Source of the DNA: Ylistrum balloti
Taxonomy: Eukaryota
Assembly (NCBI RefSeq): GCF_031769215.1
Contig: NW_026782320.1
Coordinates: 1-64,000, forward strand
Direction of reading: 5' to 3'
DNA length: 64,000 nt
Made by a program: the position numbers and the translations under genes. Under the pieces are notes generated by a model. That model searched no databases, was not told where the DNA came from, and saw only the letters and a list, made by a program, of their open reading frames with translations. Within the stretch, counting starts at the first letter, position 1. Each line of letters opens with the position of its first letter. This document shows positions 25,375 to 37,483 of the stretch, one piece after another.

Positions 25375-25850
25375 ACCTAACAAAAACCTGGGAATTCCCC
25401 CAATTCACTCCAGGCATACCCCCGTAAGAAATCAAAACACAACAAAACAAAACTGGGAATTACCCCAGAACAATCCAGGCATACCCCCGGATAACAAAAA
25501 TAGACCACAAAAACCCGGGAATTCCCCCAGGTCAAATCCAGGCATACCCCCGGATAACTGGAATTCCCCCAGTACAACCCAGGCATACCTCCGGATGAAA
25601 TCAAAACACAACAACACAAAACTGGGAATTCCCCTAGAACAATCCAGGCATACCCCCGGATACCGGATAACAAAAATAGACAACAAAAACCCGGGAATTC
25701 CCCCAGGTCAAATCCAGGCATACCTCAAGAAAAAAAAAAAAAAAAGTGGTAATTCCCCCAGCACAATCCAGGCATACCCCCGGATAACGAGAATAGAACG
25801 TACAACCTGGGAATACCCCCAGGGCAACCCAGGCATACCCCAGGGAACAA
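25375..25850. repeat. Irregular GC-rich tandem repeat inside the Ngaro element (8 copies of CCAGGCATAC, spacing 41-70 bp)
   Basis: Motif at 25410, 25475, 25538, 25579, 25644, 25714, 25768, 25829, each preceded by a GGGAATTCCC-like palindrome. Confidence 0.88.
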
Positions 25851-26364
25851 AACCAGACAGACACAAACTCCATGAGTCGACAGTACTGTTTGGGAAGCAG
25901 TTTATTTTTTTTTTTTATTTTCGTAAGAATAACGTAAAGCGACACGCTTTCGGCACACAAACTAATCTGATGGATGACCCGCGTAAGAAAATTTGCAGTG
26001 GCTCAAAACAGACGAAAGTGTGAACGGAGTAGTAGCGCTTAAAAAACAAAAACAAGAATGCGAGTAGCCTCCCTTAAAGCATACACAAGAATATAGGATT
26101 GGCGAAAGTGGCGAAAACAAAGCCAAATAAAAAGCGAGATCAATTTTCTAACATATCGAAAGAATGTAAAGAAAATACGATAATGAAATACGAAACACGA
26201 ACCGTAGTGGGTGGGGAGGAGGCATGAAAAGTGAAAGGTACATAGGCACAACCGCCGAGCCTTTCATAACCACGTGGGCGGAAGTAAACGATGGAAATGC
26301 GCCTGCGTATAGCAACAGAAACCAAGAAAGAAATTAATATTCAAAAGCTTACCGTATATAGAAC

Positions 26365-26959
26365 TTAGACACGCCCACTCGCTGCACGTAAGCCATACAG
26401 AACCGCTCCTCTGACCGAGAGGAGATACCTATGCATCCCTGACGTATTCAAATGAACTCCGTCCCCAGATAGATGAGGGAAGACGCCATCTTTCAATCCC
26501 TTATGGCGCCAGAAAAAACATTTGTCCACGACCTTACACTTTGAATTTAAATCAAGATTTATCGAATCCACTGCGGCATTGTACTGTCGGACTGGCACGT
26601 GTCTCGTACGCTGTCGGTAAAACAGTTGTAAAACGCAAACTTTCGTCACTGATAATCCTGAGATTAACCACTCAACCACCGACAACAAATCTATCACAAG
26701 AGAGTCCTTGACATCAGCAAAACGTAAACAGTCCAAATCATTACCTCCAATTTGCAGTAAAACTAAATCGGGACATTGTTCCAACAACATATCTGATACG
26801 TCACGAGTGTAAACATCGGGCAGTTTACCACCACTTTTACCAACACAAGACACAACAATATCCCTGGGGCTGTTATGAAACCCGAGATTCGTCCATGAAC
26901 CCTCGAGTGCGCGGTCAAGGCGTTTCACAAAACTGTCCAATGATCAGCAAGGTCGACAT
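26365..26959 (-). pseudogene. SGNH/GDSL hydrolase of the Ngaro element, frameshifted in the GDS block
   Basis: ATG at 26959 gives MSTLLIIG, then frame change to DSFVKRL; QIGGND and DGVHLN motifs follow. Confidence 0.85.
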
Positions 26960-27123
26960 GTCGAAAGAACGAACATGAAGGCATATACAAGTACACCCAA
27001 TAATAAAGAGATAAACTTTCAGCGTAGCTATTAAACAGCAAAACTAATAATTATGTAACATGTACAGACCTTGCTCATCCATCTTATCAGCAGCCTCTGA
27101 CCTCTGAGTCCAGTGAACCTGTA

Positions 27124-27160
27124 CTTATATAGTGAGCTAAACTGTGCTCCCTCAACCAAT
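27124..27160 (-). promoter_or_regulatory. Putative TATA and CCAAT promoter of the Ngaro transcript
   Basis: Minus strand ATTGG about 25 nt upstream of TATATAAG, about 170 nt upstream of the SGNH ATG. Confidence 0.4.
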
Positions 27161-27570
27161 CACCTCCTCTCAATCTGTTTTATGTAATAATAATCATTTC
27201 CGTAACATTCTTATATAATTAATTTTAATTAAAAATAAAAATCTCTTGCGGAACATTCATAAATTACATTAAACAAAGTTTAATTTGTATTTATAACAAG
27301 TGTCACGAATGACTGTGGTAATGGTGCCTGGTAATGTATAAAGCCAACAAGGATAACATTTCAATGTAGATTTTAATAACACAACAGAAACACTTGTAGT
27401 AATGGTACCACTAACTATATATATTCTCACATACTCCCACTCGCACATTATTCCTACAATATACTTATACTTATATATATTCTAAATATTCTATTAATCA
27501 ACTGTAAAAGTAACAGTTAACTGTAAGCCGTAGAACTCCCTCCACAATAGGGGTAATATTTAACGGGATT

Positions 27571-27667
27571 GTTCAAGTAAAGTTCACTTAAGTTGATCAC
27601 GACAGCACTGTATTAGGTACTGTTCAATTAGGTAAAGTTCCCTTAAGCAGATCACAACAGCACTATA
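27571..27667. repeat. Two-copy tandem repeat (about 56 bp) hit by Gypsy-4
   Basis: GTAAAGTTC.CTTAAG..GATCAC.ACAGCACT.TA occurs twice. Confidence 0.65.
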
Positions 27668-30600
27668 TGTAATATAACTGGACAAGACAGCATGGCGAAT
27701 AAACCGGAAACTGTATTTCGAATTGTGTGTGTTGCTTACATACATGATAATACATGATGCTTATAACATTGCAAATTACATTACATCTCCCTTTGCTTAA
27801 TCAAAGAAGATTTAAAGGATATTGTTGCTGAAACTTGAAATAAAAACTTTGAAGTTTCTTTTTTTTTTTTTTTTTTCCTCAGTCCTTCTTTAGTACAGTC
27901 TTGTTATTAGAATTAATACGAACAGAAAGAAACAACACTTTCAAAATTATCATTAGCACTGTCCTCGCGCTGTAACTGGATACAAAATAAATTTCACAAT
28001 AGAAACTTTAACAGTCCATAGAATGGTTAATTCCACAGGGAATTGTTAACACATCACAAGTCCAATTTCACAGGCGGTTTGATCCTTCTTCCTGACCTCG
28101 TGACAGGTATATCGACTACACTCGGTTCGCTTTTAGGTATAACAGAATGTTTTTGCGGCGAAGCGACAGTCAGTTCGGAGGGTGGCAAGTTTGATTGTTT
28201 GCTTTGAGTGGAAGTGTCCAAGTTCATAAAGTCATGATCACTTTCCTCGGTAATGTTGTATCGTAGCGACTCATTTGCATGATCGGTAGACAGTCTCAAG
28301 TGTTTACGATTTCTACGGTACAGTTGATCATTAGATTTCACTATGTATGATCTCTGACGCACAGAATGTTCTATAACAGTTGCAGGCTTCCATAGTTTTG
28401 TTCCAGGTAACGGAGCCATTCGCACTGGTTCTTGTTTTACCAAGGGAGACAACTCTTTGACTTTGTTGTGCAAATTATAATAAAGTTTTTGCTTTTGTTT
28501 CGCTTCTGTGAAGTGACGTTTTATTTCGCGGCGATTGTTCATAGACGGTTCAAGGATCTCGCGTTTAGCAGGTAATTTATTTCTCGGTCTCCTGCTCATG
28601 AGTATCTGTGACGGTGATAGATTTATTCCATTAAGTGGTGTGGTTCTATAGTCCAGAAGCGCTAGATAACGATCATCAGCTTTACGCCAGATGCGCTTCA
28701 CTGTCTGTATAGCACGTTCAGCCTCACCATTTGAACTCTGAAAATGGGGACTGGATGTTATGTGTTCGATTCCATAGTCAGCACAGAATGTTTTGAAGTC
28801 AGCTGATGAGAAGTTTGGGCCGTTGTCTGAACGAAGTAATTTCGGGATACCGTGGCACGCAAACACTCGTTTCATAGCACGAATTGTAGCAGAGGCAGTC
28901 GCGTCGGGTAATTCCTCGACGTCGACGTACTTTGAATAATAATCCACTAGAATGATATAGTTCTTTCCTTCAAAGTGGAATAAATCACTCCCAACTTCCC
29001 TGTATGGTAGATCAGGCGTAACGGACGGTTTCAGAGGTTCTGCGGGTTGTTTATTTTGAATCTCAGCACACTTTCCACAGTTCTGAATCATCACCTCGAT
29101 TTCAGCACTCATACCCGGCCAGTACATGACTTCTCTTGCACGCTGTTTGCACTTAACGATCCCAAGATGCGATTCGTGAATTAGATCGAGCATGTACGAA
29201 CGCAAACTAGGTGGAACAACAATCCTCATTCCTTTGAAGATAATTCCATCAGATATTGACAGTTGATCACGCGAATCCCAATACGGTTTGACAGCAGTAG
29301 GAGTCTCTGTTCGCAAGTCGGGCCATCCGTCAACAATAATTTCATGTAGGGGTTGTAGTTCCGCCTTTGTGCACTGTACAATTTCCACGTATTTGTCCTT
29401 GCTAACTGACACAAAGTCCAAAGAACTAACACCTTTCAGGTTGATTTCTGTCTTGTTATCAGGCAGATATGCTCGGGAGAGAGCGTCAGCGACTATTAGG
29501 TCCTTCCCGGGCATATACTTCACGTCCAAATCGTACCATTGGAGTCTCATTAACATGCGTTGTAACCTCATCGGGGCAGATAATAGAGGTTTTCGGAATA
29601 TCTGTTCCAACGGTTTGTGGTCATTGTACTCGGTTACCGTTTTCCCAAATATGTAGCAGTGGAATTTTGTGGCAGCATGGACTATCGATAGAAGTTCTTT
29701 CTCTATTTGAGCATAACGTTGCTCAGTGTCCGTAAGTGAACGGGACGAGAATGCGATGGCTTGACCATTCTGTATCAAGATTGCACCTAGTCCGTCTTTC
29801 GACGCATCACACTGTATTTGAACTGGTTTGTTCACGTCATAAAATGCGAGAACTGGTGACGATGTGCACAAATGTTTAAGAGCTTTGAAGCTGCGTTCTT
29901 GCTCCGGACCCCACGTGAATTCAATGTTCGATTTCAACAGTATGCGCAACGGTGCGTCGACTTGACTTAGATTTGGTAAGAACTTAGCTAAATACTGCAC
30001 TAGACCTAGGAATCTCCTGACTCCTTCCTTGTCACAGGGAGCCGGCATATCCGTAATCGCTCTCACCTTCTCGGGGTCGGCTTCGACACCTTTGTCAGTC
30101 AGTATGTGACCAACGTATGACACACGCGTTTTGCGCACACGACACTTGTCAAAGTTTAGCTTGAGATTGTAGCTTGAAGCGCGTTCAACTACTTCACGTA
30201 ATATGCGGTCATGATGTTGAATGTCAGTTCCGGCGACTAGAATATCATCCATGACTGCGATGGCACCCTCGATGCCTTCCAACATTTCGTCCATGATACG
30301 TTGGAATATTTCTGGACTACACTTTAATCCAAACGGTAAGCGTAACCACCTGAACCTTCCTATAGGTGTATTAAATGTTGTCAGGTATGAAGATTTTTCC
30401 TCAAGTTTGATCTGTAAGAATCCGGATTTTGCATCCAGCACGGAGAACACTGTGGCATTAGGAATATTAGCTAAAGCGTCATCCATCGTTTTCATGGGAT
30501 GATGCTCTCGTTTGATAGCCTTATTAAGGTCGCTCGGGTCAATGCAGATGCGAACTTTGTTTTTACGCAACGAAACTACCATCGAGCTTACCCACTCTGT

Positions 30601-32327
30601 TGGGTGGTCAACACGCTTAATAAACCCATCTTCCTCCATTTCCTTGAGTTTTGCGATAATTTGCGGTTTCAAGGATGCTGGTTGCCTTCTAACAGGGTGT
30701 ACGACACCTTTGACGTCAGGGTCGACCTTAATGGTATACTCCCCAGGCAGCGTACCGGTAGTTTTAATGATTTCAGGAAACTCATCAAACTGTTTCTCCC
30801 AATTGACGTTTGCGATTCTTTCAATCAGACCAAGTTGCTCGGCGACTTTACCGCTAATTACGTTCTCTTGTTCTAGATCAACGATTTCAAAATCTGTTTC
30901 AACGTCTTTACCTTTACAAGTCACTGGTAAAGTAACAGTTTTGAGTGGTCGTATTTTGTGATTCGTGTACGACTTAAGTACTTTCGTCGAGTTTCTGACG
31001 TTTCTGTGCACTCCGATCCGGTCATATTCCGATTTCACCAGAATACAACATCTAGCTCCCGTGTCGATCCTGCATTTTAGCGTTTTACAGCCAATGCTAA
31101 TGTCAACTAGCCACTTGTCATCTACACCGCTATCAGTACACTGATGGCTATAAATCTGGAAAAGTTCATCAGTATCTGTATCATAGCTGTCGGACGTCAC
31201 ATTATTTTCAGCACTATTCTGCAGTGTATTAACATGAGAGAGTTCAGATTTAAGTCTCTTGCGACATGCGACTTTCCAGTGATCACGTCCACGACAGTAA
31301 TTACAGGTGCTTCCTATCGCTGGACATACACCATTTTTGTGTCCGGTTGTGACGTCACGCGCACATCTTGTACACTTGTCACCACTGATAAACTTTTTGG
31401 ATTTCCCCGCAAACTCAGATTTTGACGCTACTTTCACTTTAGGTTTACTGTGTACAGGCTTGTGTTTTTGTTTGTTTTTAAACCCAACACTGTTCACTGG
31501 TTCCTCACCACGAATCATTTTGAGCTGTTTCTGAGACATTTCAAACTGTCTGCCAATTTCTAGAGCTTTATCGAGAGTTATAGTTTGCCCTTGATCGAAC
31601 ATTTTCTCCTGTACTTTACGATTTGAAACACCATCTATTATCGTGTCGATGAGAATGTCATCCGGGTCTCTATAATCACAATCCATCAATATCAAGCGAA
31701 CGTCTTTAACAAAATTGTCAAACGACTCACCTTCCGCTTGTTTCCTCTGTTTCAGTCTGAATCGCGCAACACGCTTGTTTTTCCGTGGCCTGACATATGC
31801 TTCTAACTTGTTCAAAGTTACCTCGGGTTTATCTTGTTCACCTTCCGCCCAGTCAAAAGTTTTGTAAACTTCGCGACCTTGTCTTCCTATCCACATTCCA
31901 ATCTATCCGGTTTTGTCCTTGTCATCCGCTTTCGACAACGGACCTTTGAACACAAAGTCCACATGTTGCTTGAAACGCTGGTATTCCTGATATAAATCCT
32001 TCGCGTCCCAATCAAAACATGGTTGATCGAATTGAACATGTGACATCGTGAGTTCCGACTTTTGATTTCCGTGTCTCACAAAACAGAATGTGCGTTAATG
32101 TCAAATAACCACATTAAATATGTAACTGGCGTCCCAATTAGACATTGGATGCTATCAGACGGAAATATTTTTACGTACGGCAGGCGATGAGCCCGATGTT
32201 CTGACACCATGTAATATAACTGGACAAGACAGCATGGCGAATAAACCGGAAACTGTATTTCGAATTGTGTGTGTCGCTTACATACATGATAATACATGAT
32301 GCTTATAACATTGCAAATTACATTACA
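27668..32327 (-). mobile_element. Gypsy-4: full-length Mag/Steamer-like LTR retrotransposon with 118-bp LTRs and TSD CTATA
   Basis: LTRs 27668-27785 and 32210-32327 differ at 1 position; 5-bp TSD on both sides; PBS TGGTGTCAGAA 32199-32209; PPT from 27786. Confidence 0.97.
28054..32046 (-). pseudogene. Gypsy-4 single gag-pol ORF with one nonsense codon (TAG 31903-31905)
   Basis: ATG 32046 (MSHVQFDQP...) is in frame with the 1280-aa ORF. PR IDTGAR, RT VMDD, RH CDASK, IN SDNGPNF/NGEAERAI all present. Confidence 0.93.
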
Positions 32328-33735
32328 CTATAGTAGTTACTGTCTAACACATAGTTCTCTTCACTGGTCTAAGGCCGGTACTCACTGGGTGAGGAAATTC
32401 ACTGTTTATAAAATCCAGTATATTTTTATACAATAGCATTGCTACATCTTTCCATAAACTCTGTGTAAAGACTGTTAACTATTTCACATAAATTGTAATG
32501 GTCGACGCTGCATAATACTTCTCTATGTCCAACCGCTACATCACTTCCGGTACCCGGTGACCTCAATAGGACCCGTCAAGCATACCGAACACAATACATC
32601 ACGTGACCTCCATTCAAAGGCACTTACTTCTGAACATGGCCACAATCACGAAGTTTTACATATTTCAAATCCTACAAAACTCCTCTCATTTGAATTCACA
32701 ACCACTACAAATAAACATTACACATTATACCTGCACCAACAGCAAGCAATTGAATGCTTTATACCCTGCTCCGAGACCAACAGTAAGTCCGGGGTCCTCC
32801 CAACCTCCACCAACTGCTGCTGTACGTTCAGCTGACACGTGCAAACTACCCAACTCACCCATCAGGGCCTGTCAGCGTACATCCGTGCCTGTACTCGTCT
32901 CCGTCTGTACTGGAAGGCCCCAGTGGTACTGCGGCGCGTTCGAATTATAAATACTGTTTGTTCTTATATACCGTAAAAGAGTCGTTCAAAAATAAAGCTA
33001 AAACAGCACTTAGGACTTCAAAATGTTAATATAACCTTTATCAGAGACATAACGTTATGTAATACACTCTGCTATATACATAATATGATAACAGTGCTAC
33101 TGTTTGGTGAGCGTAGCATTAATAAATATTTTAGTCATGCATGGCAATATTATTAACATTATGTACTGTTTCACAGTCTTTAATAACGAATATACAAACC
33201 CCCGGAGAGGGTGAAAACCTACAATCAAACAATGGATCTTAATTAAAACCTTGAAACTGGACATTTGTATGCATATTGTTTAACCGTTGACTGAAATCTC
33301 GGCAGAGTTTGTGATTCACTTGATCGACAGTTCATGACACTTGTTACAAGGTAAACTGACATGATATGTACGCGTTACACCACTAAAACACGTAATTGAA
33401 CTAGAAACAAAATATAGAAGGAATGTTCACTCACTCTTTGGGTTGTAACCCCTTCAAAATCCTATTTCGATAGGCAAAACATGTGCCGACTTCGGTGGAT
33501 GTCGATAAAATGAAACAAGTTTACTCAACCCGCGCTCTGGCGGTTGGTTGCGTGTAAGCAAACCGACTTCAAACGAACCAACACTGAACCCGAACCGAAT
33601 GTTACTTTACACATTATGTGAAGTGGTCAGATGCATCAGACGTCTCTCTTGATAATGATTGAACCTGCATACGCTCGCTATTAACCAGTAGAGTCAGGCA
33701 TCATTAAAAGTTCTATTCTAGCATAAATACATACA

Positions 33736-33928
33736 GTGATATTGACCAGGTATAGTCAGGGATGTAAAATACAGCTGTACTAATATCATCAATACAACTG
33801 ATGTTGACCGGTACAGTTAGGGATGTAAAGTAAAGTCGTATTATAGCAATAATACAGGTACTGATGTTGACCGGTACAGTCAGGGATGTAAATTAAAGTC
33901 GTATTATAGTATTAATACAGGTACTGAC
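33736..33928. repeat. About 63-bp tandem repeat, 3 copies, directly upstream of the hAT terminus
   Basis: TGATGTTGACCGGTACAGTCAGGGATGTAAA repeated. Confidence 0.85.
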
Positions 33929-36578
33929 CAGTGCTGTGTATCGCAAGGGTAGTGACGATACGATACGTATCGCGATACTTTGGTCACGATACAATACGTA
34001 TCGCGATACTTCCTATTTCAACAGATATTATTACCAAACCATGGTTAAGCAAATCTTTTCATATGTTAACTTCTTTTTCATCTCCATTTGTTTTCAACAG
34101 ATTTACATAACTCATTACCTTGCATCAGAATTGCTTTCAGTGTGCAGAAAAAGTCAGATGAAATCAGTGTATTGTTTTCATTATTTTTATTGTTTCTCAA
34201 ACCAGCAAAGCCGATTTCAAAAGGGTGTTTCAACATGGTTCAAAATTCTTTTTTAGAAAGATTAAGGCATCAACATTTTTTGATTTTAGTGTGCTTCGCT
34301 GGGCAGTAACAATGTCCCCTGCGCACGAAAATATTCGCTCACTAGGTACGGATGTGCCTGGTACACAGTGATAGCGTTTAGCTAACTTGGAGAGTCTGGG
34401 ATACAAATATGCATTTTCCTTCCACCATAATAAAGGATTCTGGTTCATGAGCAAGGTATCCACTTTCTGATAAGCGGCAACCTCGTCCGATGCCATCTCC
34501 AAATTTGATTTCGATCTCTTTTCTTCTTTCACAATATACACATCACCTAATAAGTCACTGAGTGCACAACCAGTTCCATTTTCTGTCTTTAATTTTTTCT
34601 TTATTGGGGATTCATCAGAGTCTGATCCTGATAGCTGTGGCTTCTCCACCGGGAGAGCTGCCAGTAATGGCAGAACTTCGGCAGTATCTACAGGCTCAGT
34701 CTTCACTACGGGCTGAAAATAGAATAGGAATAGGATAGCATTACATATTCTACATGATTTTAAAGTGTTGTGTGTTTAATAAGGTGTATTTAAAATATTA
34801 TATCAATCAATCATGCAGGTTTTTCAGCTCTTAATTCAGGTAAACCACCATACATTACCTATTGTAATACAAAGATGTAATTTTTTTCTAGCAAGACAAA
34901 TATTAAACTACAAATATTGTATGTATGTGTATTCTGTGTACCTGGTTTCCTAGTTCTGCCACTTCAAGGGTAAGTTTAGACACAAGTCCCACTCTATCAA
35001 CATCATTCAATGATGGCAGGGTCTTAAATCTTGGGTCCAAAAAGCTTGCCATTTGCAAGAATGTCTCAACATGATCATAACGCCCAGCCAGGTCATCAGC
35101 TATGGCATTCTTCATGGCGATGGTACATCGGCTATCATCATCCTGAATCCTGACACTGCGTAATATTTGTTGATACAGGGGCCACACAACTGATAGAGTT
35201 GGAGAATGTTCATCACACATAATAACTGTAGCAGTTTTCATGGGTTTCATCACCAGCACAAGTGTTTCCGCCACTATTATTTCTTCATCTGTCAATGCAA
35301 GGGGCTTGAGGATATCTTGTTTGATTCTTAAGTCCTTACTCAATAGTGAAGCTTGTACAGCTGCTTGTAACTGCAGATACCGGTCTACCATTTCATATGT
35401 ACTATTCCACCTTGTCACAACATCCATCTTCAATTTCAGGTTAGGGAGTTTCAGGAGAGTACATTTCTCTTTCAATACTTCTAACGCTGTACTACTGCGG
35501 TGAAAATATGCAACAGTTTTTCGAATTTTTACAAGTGATTTTTGCAGTGCTCCTACTCCAACAGCTCTCTGTGCTGCAAGGTTAAGAGTGTGTGCAAAGC
35601 AACCTATATGGTTACTTAAATTAGCTTCCCTTGCAGCCGACTTCATATTTCTAGCATTGTCTGTTACAAGTGCAAAGATTTTGTCTGATATGTTCCACTC
35701 GGCAAAGGAATTCACTAAAATATGTCCAATGTTCTCACCTGTATGTGATTCGTTAGTTTTTCTTGTCTGCAGAACTTTGTTTTTCAAATTCCACTCATCA
35801 TCAATGTAATGGCATGTAACTGTTACATACGATTCTGTGGCTCGCGACGTCCATCCATCTGACGTAACACTGACAGCTTCTGCTTTTTCCAAATCGCCCA
35901 AAAGCTCACTTTTAACCTTGTCGTACATTTCTGGAATGATTTTGTCTGTAAAATGTTGTCTTGAAGGAATAGTGTATTGAGGCTCCAAAGTATTAATCAT
36001 TCTCCGAAATCCAATATTTTCAACCACAGAAAATGGTCTCAGATCCTGCACAAAAAATTCGGCAATGGACTTTGTAATCATTTTGGCTCGGTTACTGTCA
36101 TGCTTTAGTTTTCTGTTGGCGCCGAACATTGTTTTGATTGACTGCACTGGTGCCGATTCCTTCTCGGAGGCAGGTGGTTGTCTCCTACCTGGTGTTTTAC
36201 CCCCATGGTGCCGTTGTAGATGAGTTGACATGTTTGTCGTATTTCCTGAATACTTTAACTTGTTTCCGCATTCATTGCAAATTACGACTGACTTGTCGGT
36301 CTCCCAGGTTGCGCTATCATCTTTTTTAAAGGCACGGAACTTGAAGTGCTGCCAACACGAGGCCTTAAAGGCCGCCGGTGGCGAGACCAATTTTTCACTT
36401 ACGTCAGCCATGTTTGTCTTAGTCGTGAATGAACAAATATCATTGGTTAATATTAATAACCATTTCTAAGGGCGGTAACTCTTTTATTTTAAGGTATCGC
36501 GATACCATTAGCGACCACAACGATGTATCGGTGCTCTTGCCACGATACGATTCATCGATGCACCGGTGAATCGTTACA
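33929..36578 (-). mobile_element. hAT (Ac/ZBED1-like) DNA transposon; right terminus replaced by satellite
   Basis: Left end CAGTGCTGTGTATCGC with subterminal CGATAC/GTATCG clusters. Matching clusters at 36494-36570 end in GAATCGTTACAC without a complete TIR. Confidence 0.85.
34230..36411 (-). CDS. hAT transposase, two exons (36411-34942 and 34712-34230), about 650 aa, apparently intact
   Basis: BED finger (CNECG..HLQRHH), SDGWTS, CFAHTLNL, TRWNST, dimerisation domain SERIFS; phase-0 GT-AG intron 34941-34713. Confidence 0.92.
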
Positions 36579-36915
36579 CATCATTTTCTGGTTCTATCTG
36601 TTGTCATTTCAATATTACAACAGATACAACCAGATCTACACCCTGTCACATCATTGTCTGGTTCTATCTGTTGTCATTTCAATATTACAACAGATACCAC
36701 CAGATCTACACCCTGTCACATCATTGTCTGGTTCTATCTGTTGTCATTTCAATATTACAAGAGACACCACCAGATCTACACTCTCACATCATTGTCTGGT
36801 TCTATCTGTTGTCATTTCAATATTACAACAGATACCACCAGATCTACACTCTCACACATCATTGTCTGGTTTTTATTTGTTTTCATTTCAATATCACAAC
36901 AGATAGAACCAGATC
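36576..36915 (-). repeat. 70-bp hairpin satellite, about 5 units (array 1)
   Basis: Reverse complement of the array at 58070-59649. Confidence 0.92.
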
Positions 36916-37483
36916 AAGACTCTCTCACTGCCTTCACTGGCATTTGATTCCTAATTTGCAGCCCACCATCATAAGAAAGTAGGATGTTCAAGTTTGCCTT
37001 TGGTTCTGGTCCATGGTCAGTCCATTTTGTTACCACTTTTTTTTCCATTTTTTTTGTAGGTTCCCCTCTCCCGTTGTGCATTGTACTGTCTTTCGTTATC
37101 ACTATTTTTCAGATATTACTGAATGAATCTTTTTTCACATTTGATATGTAGGCCCATCTCGGTTCCTAGTTGTCCAATTGTCTTTTTTTGGGCTGATTCA
37201 AGAAGCAACATGGCCGCTGGCCGCCATCTTGGATTTTGACTGGCAAGTTGGTTATCACTATTCTCCAGAAGTACAGTATGAATGTTTTTCAAAATTCACA
37301 AGTAGGTTTCCCTTCCTTCCTAGTTGTGAATTGTACTACAATACTTCGTATGCTTGTAATAACCTTGAATGTCACAATCATTTGAAATACTTCACTGCAC
37401 ATGAATAGTTCTCAAAAATATTATGATACAAAAATAATGCTACTATTGGTTATTCAGATGACGATGACACTTGGTAAAAACGC

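Larger units (their letters stand above)
21585..27190 (-). mobile_element. Ngaro/DIRS-type tyrosine recombinase retroelement, 3' truncated
   Basis: SGNH ORF, gag-like ORF, overlapping RT/RNase H and N-terminal part of YR; no methyltransferase segment after RH, as in Ngaro. Confidence 0.85.

Noticed and set aside
25148-26023. ORFs on both strands and a repeat-spacer look in the Ngaro internal repeat
   Set aside because: Low-complexity by-products of the tandem repeat; the linkers are related to one another.
31903-31905. Programmed read-through stop in Gypsy-4
   Set aside because: It lies at codon 48 of gag, not at the gag-pol boundary, at a position where Trp fits; best read as a nonsense mutation.
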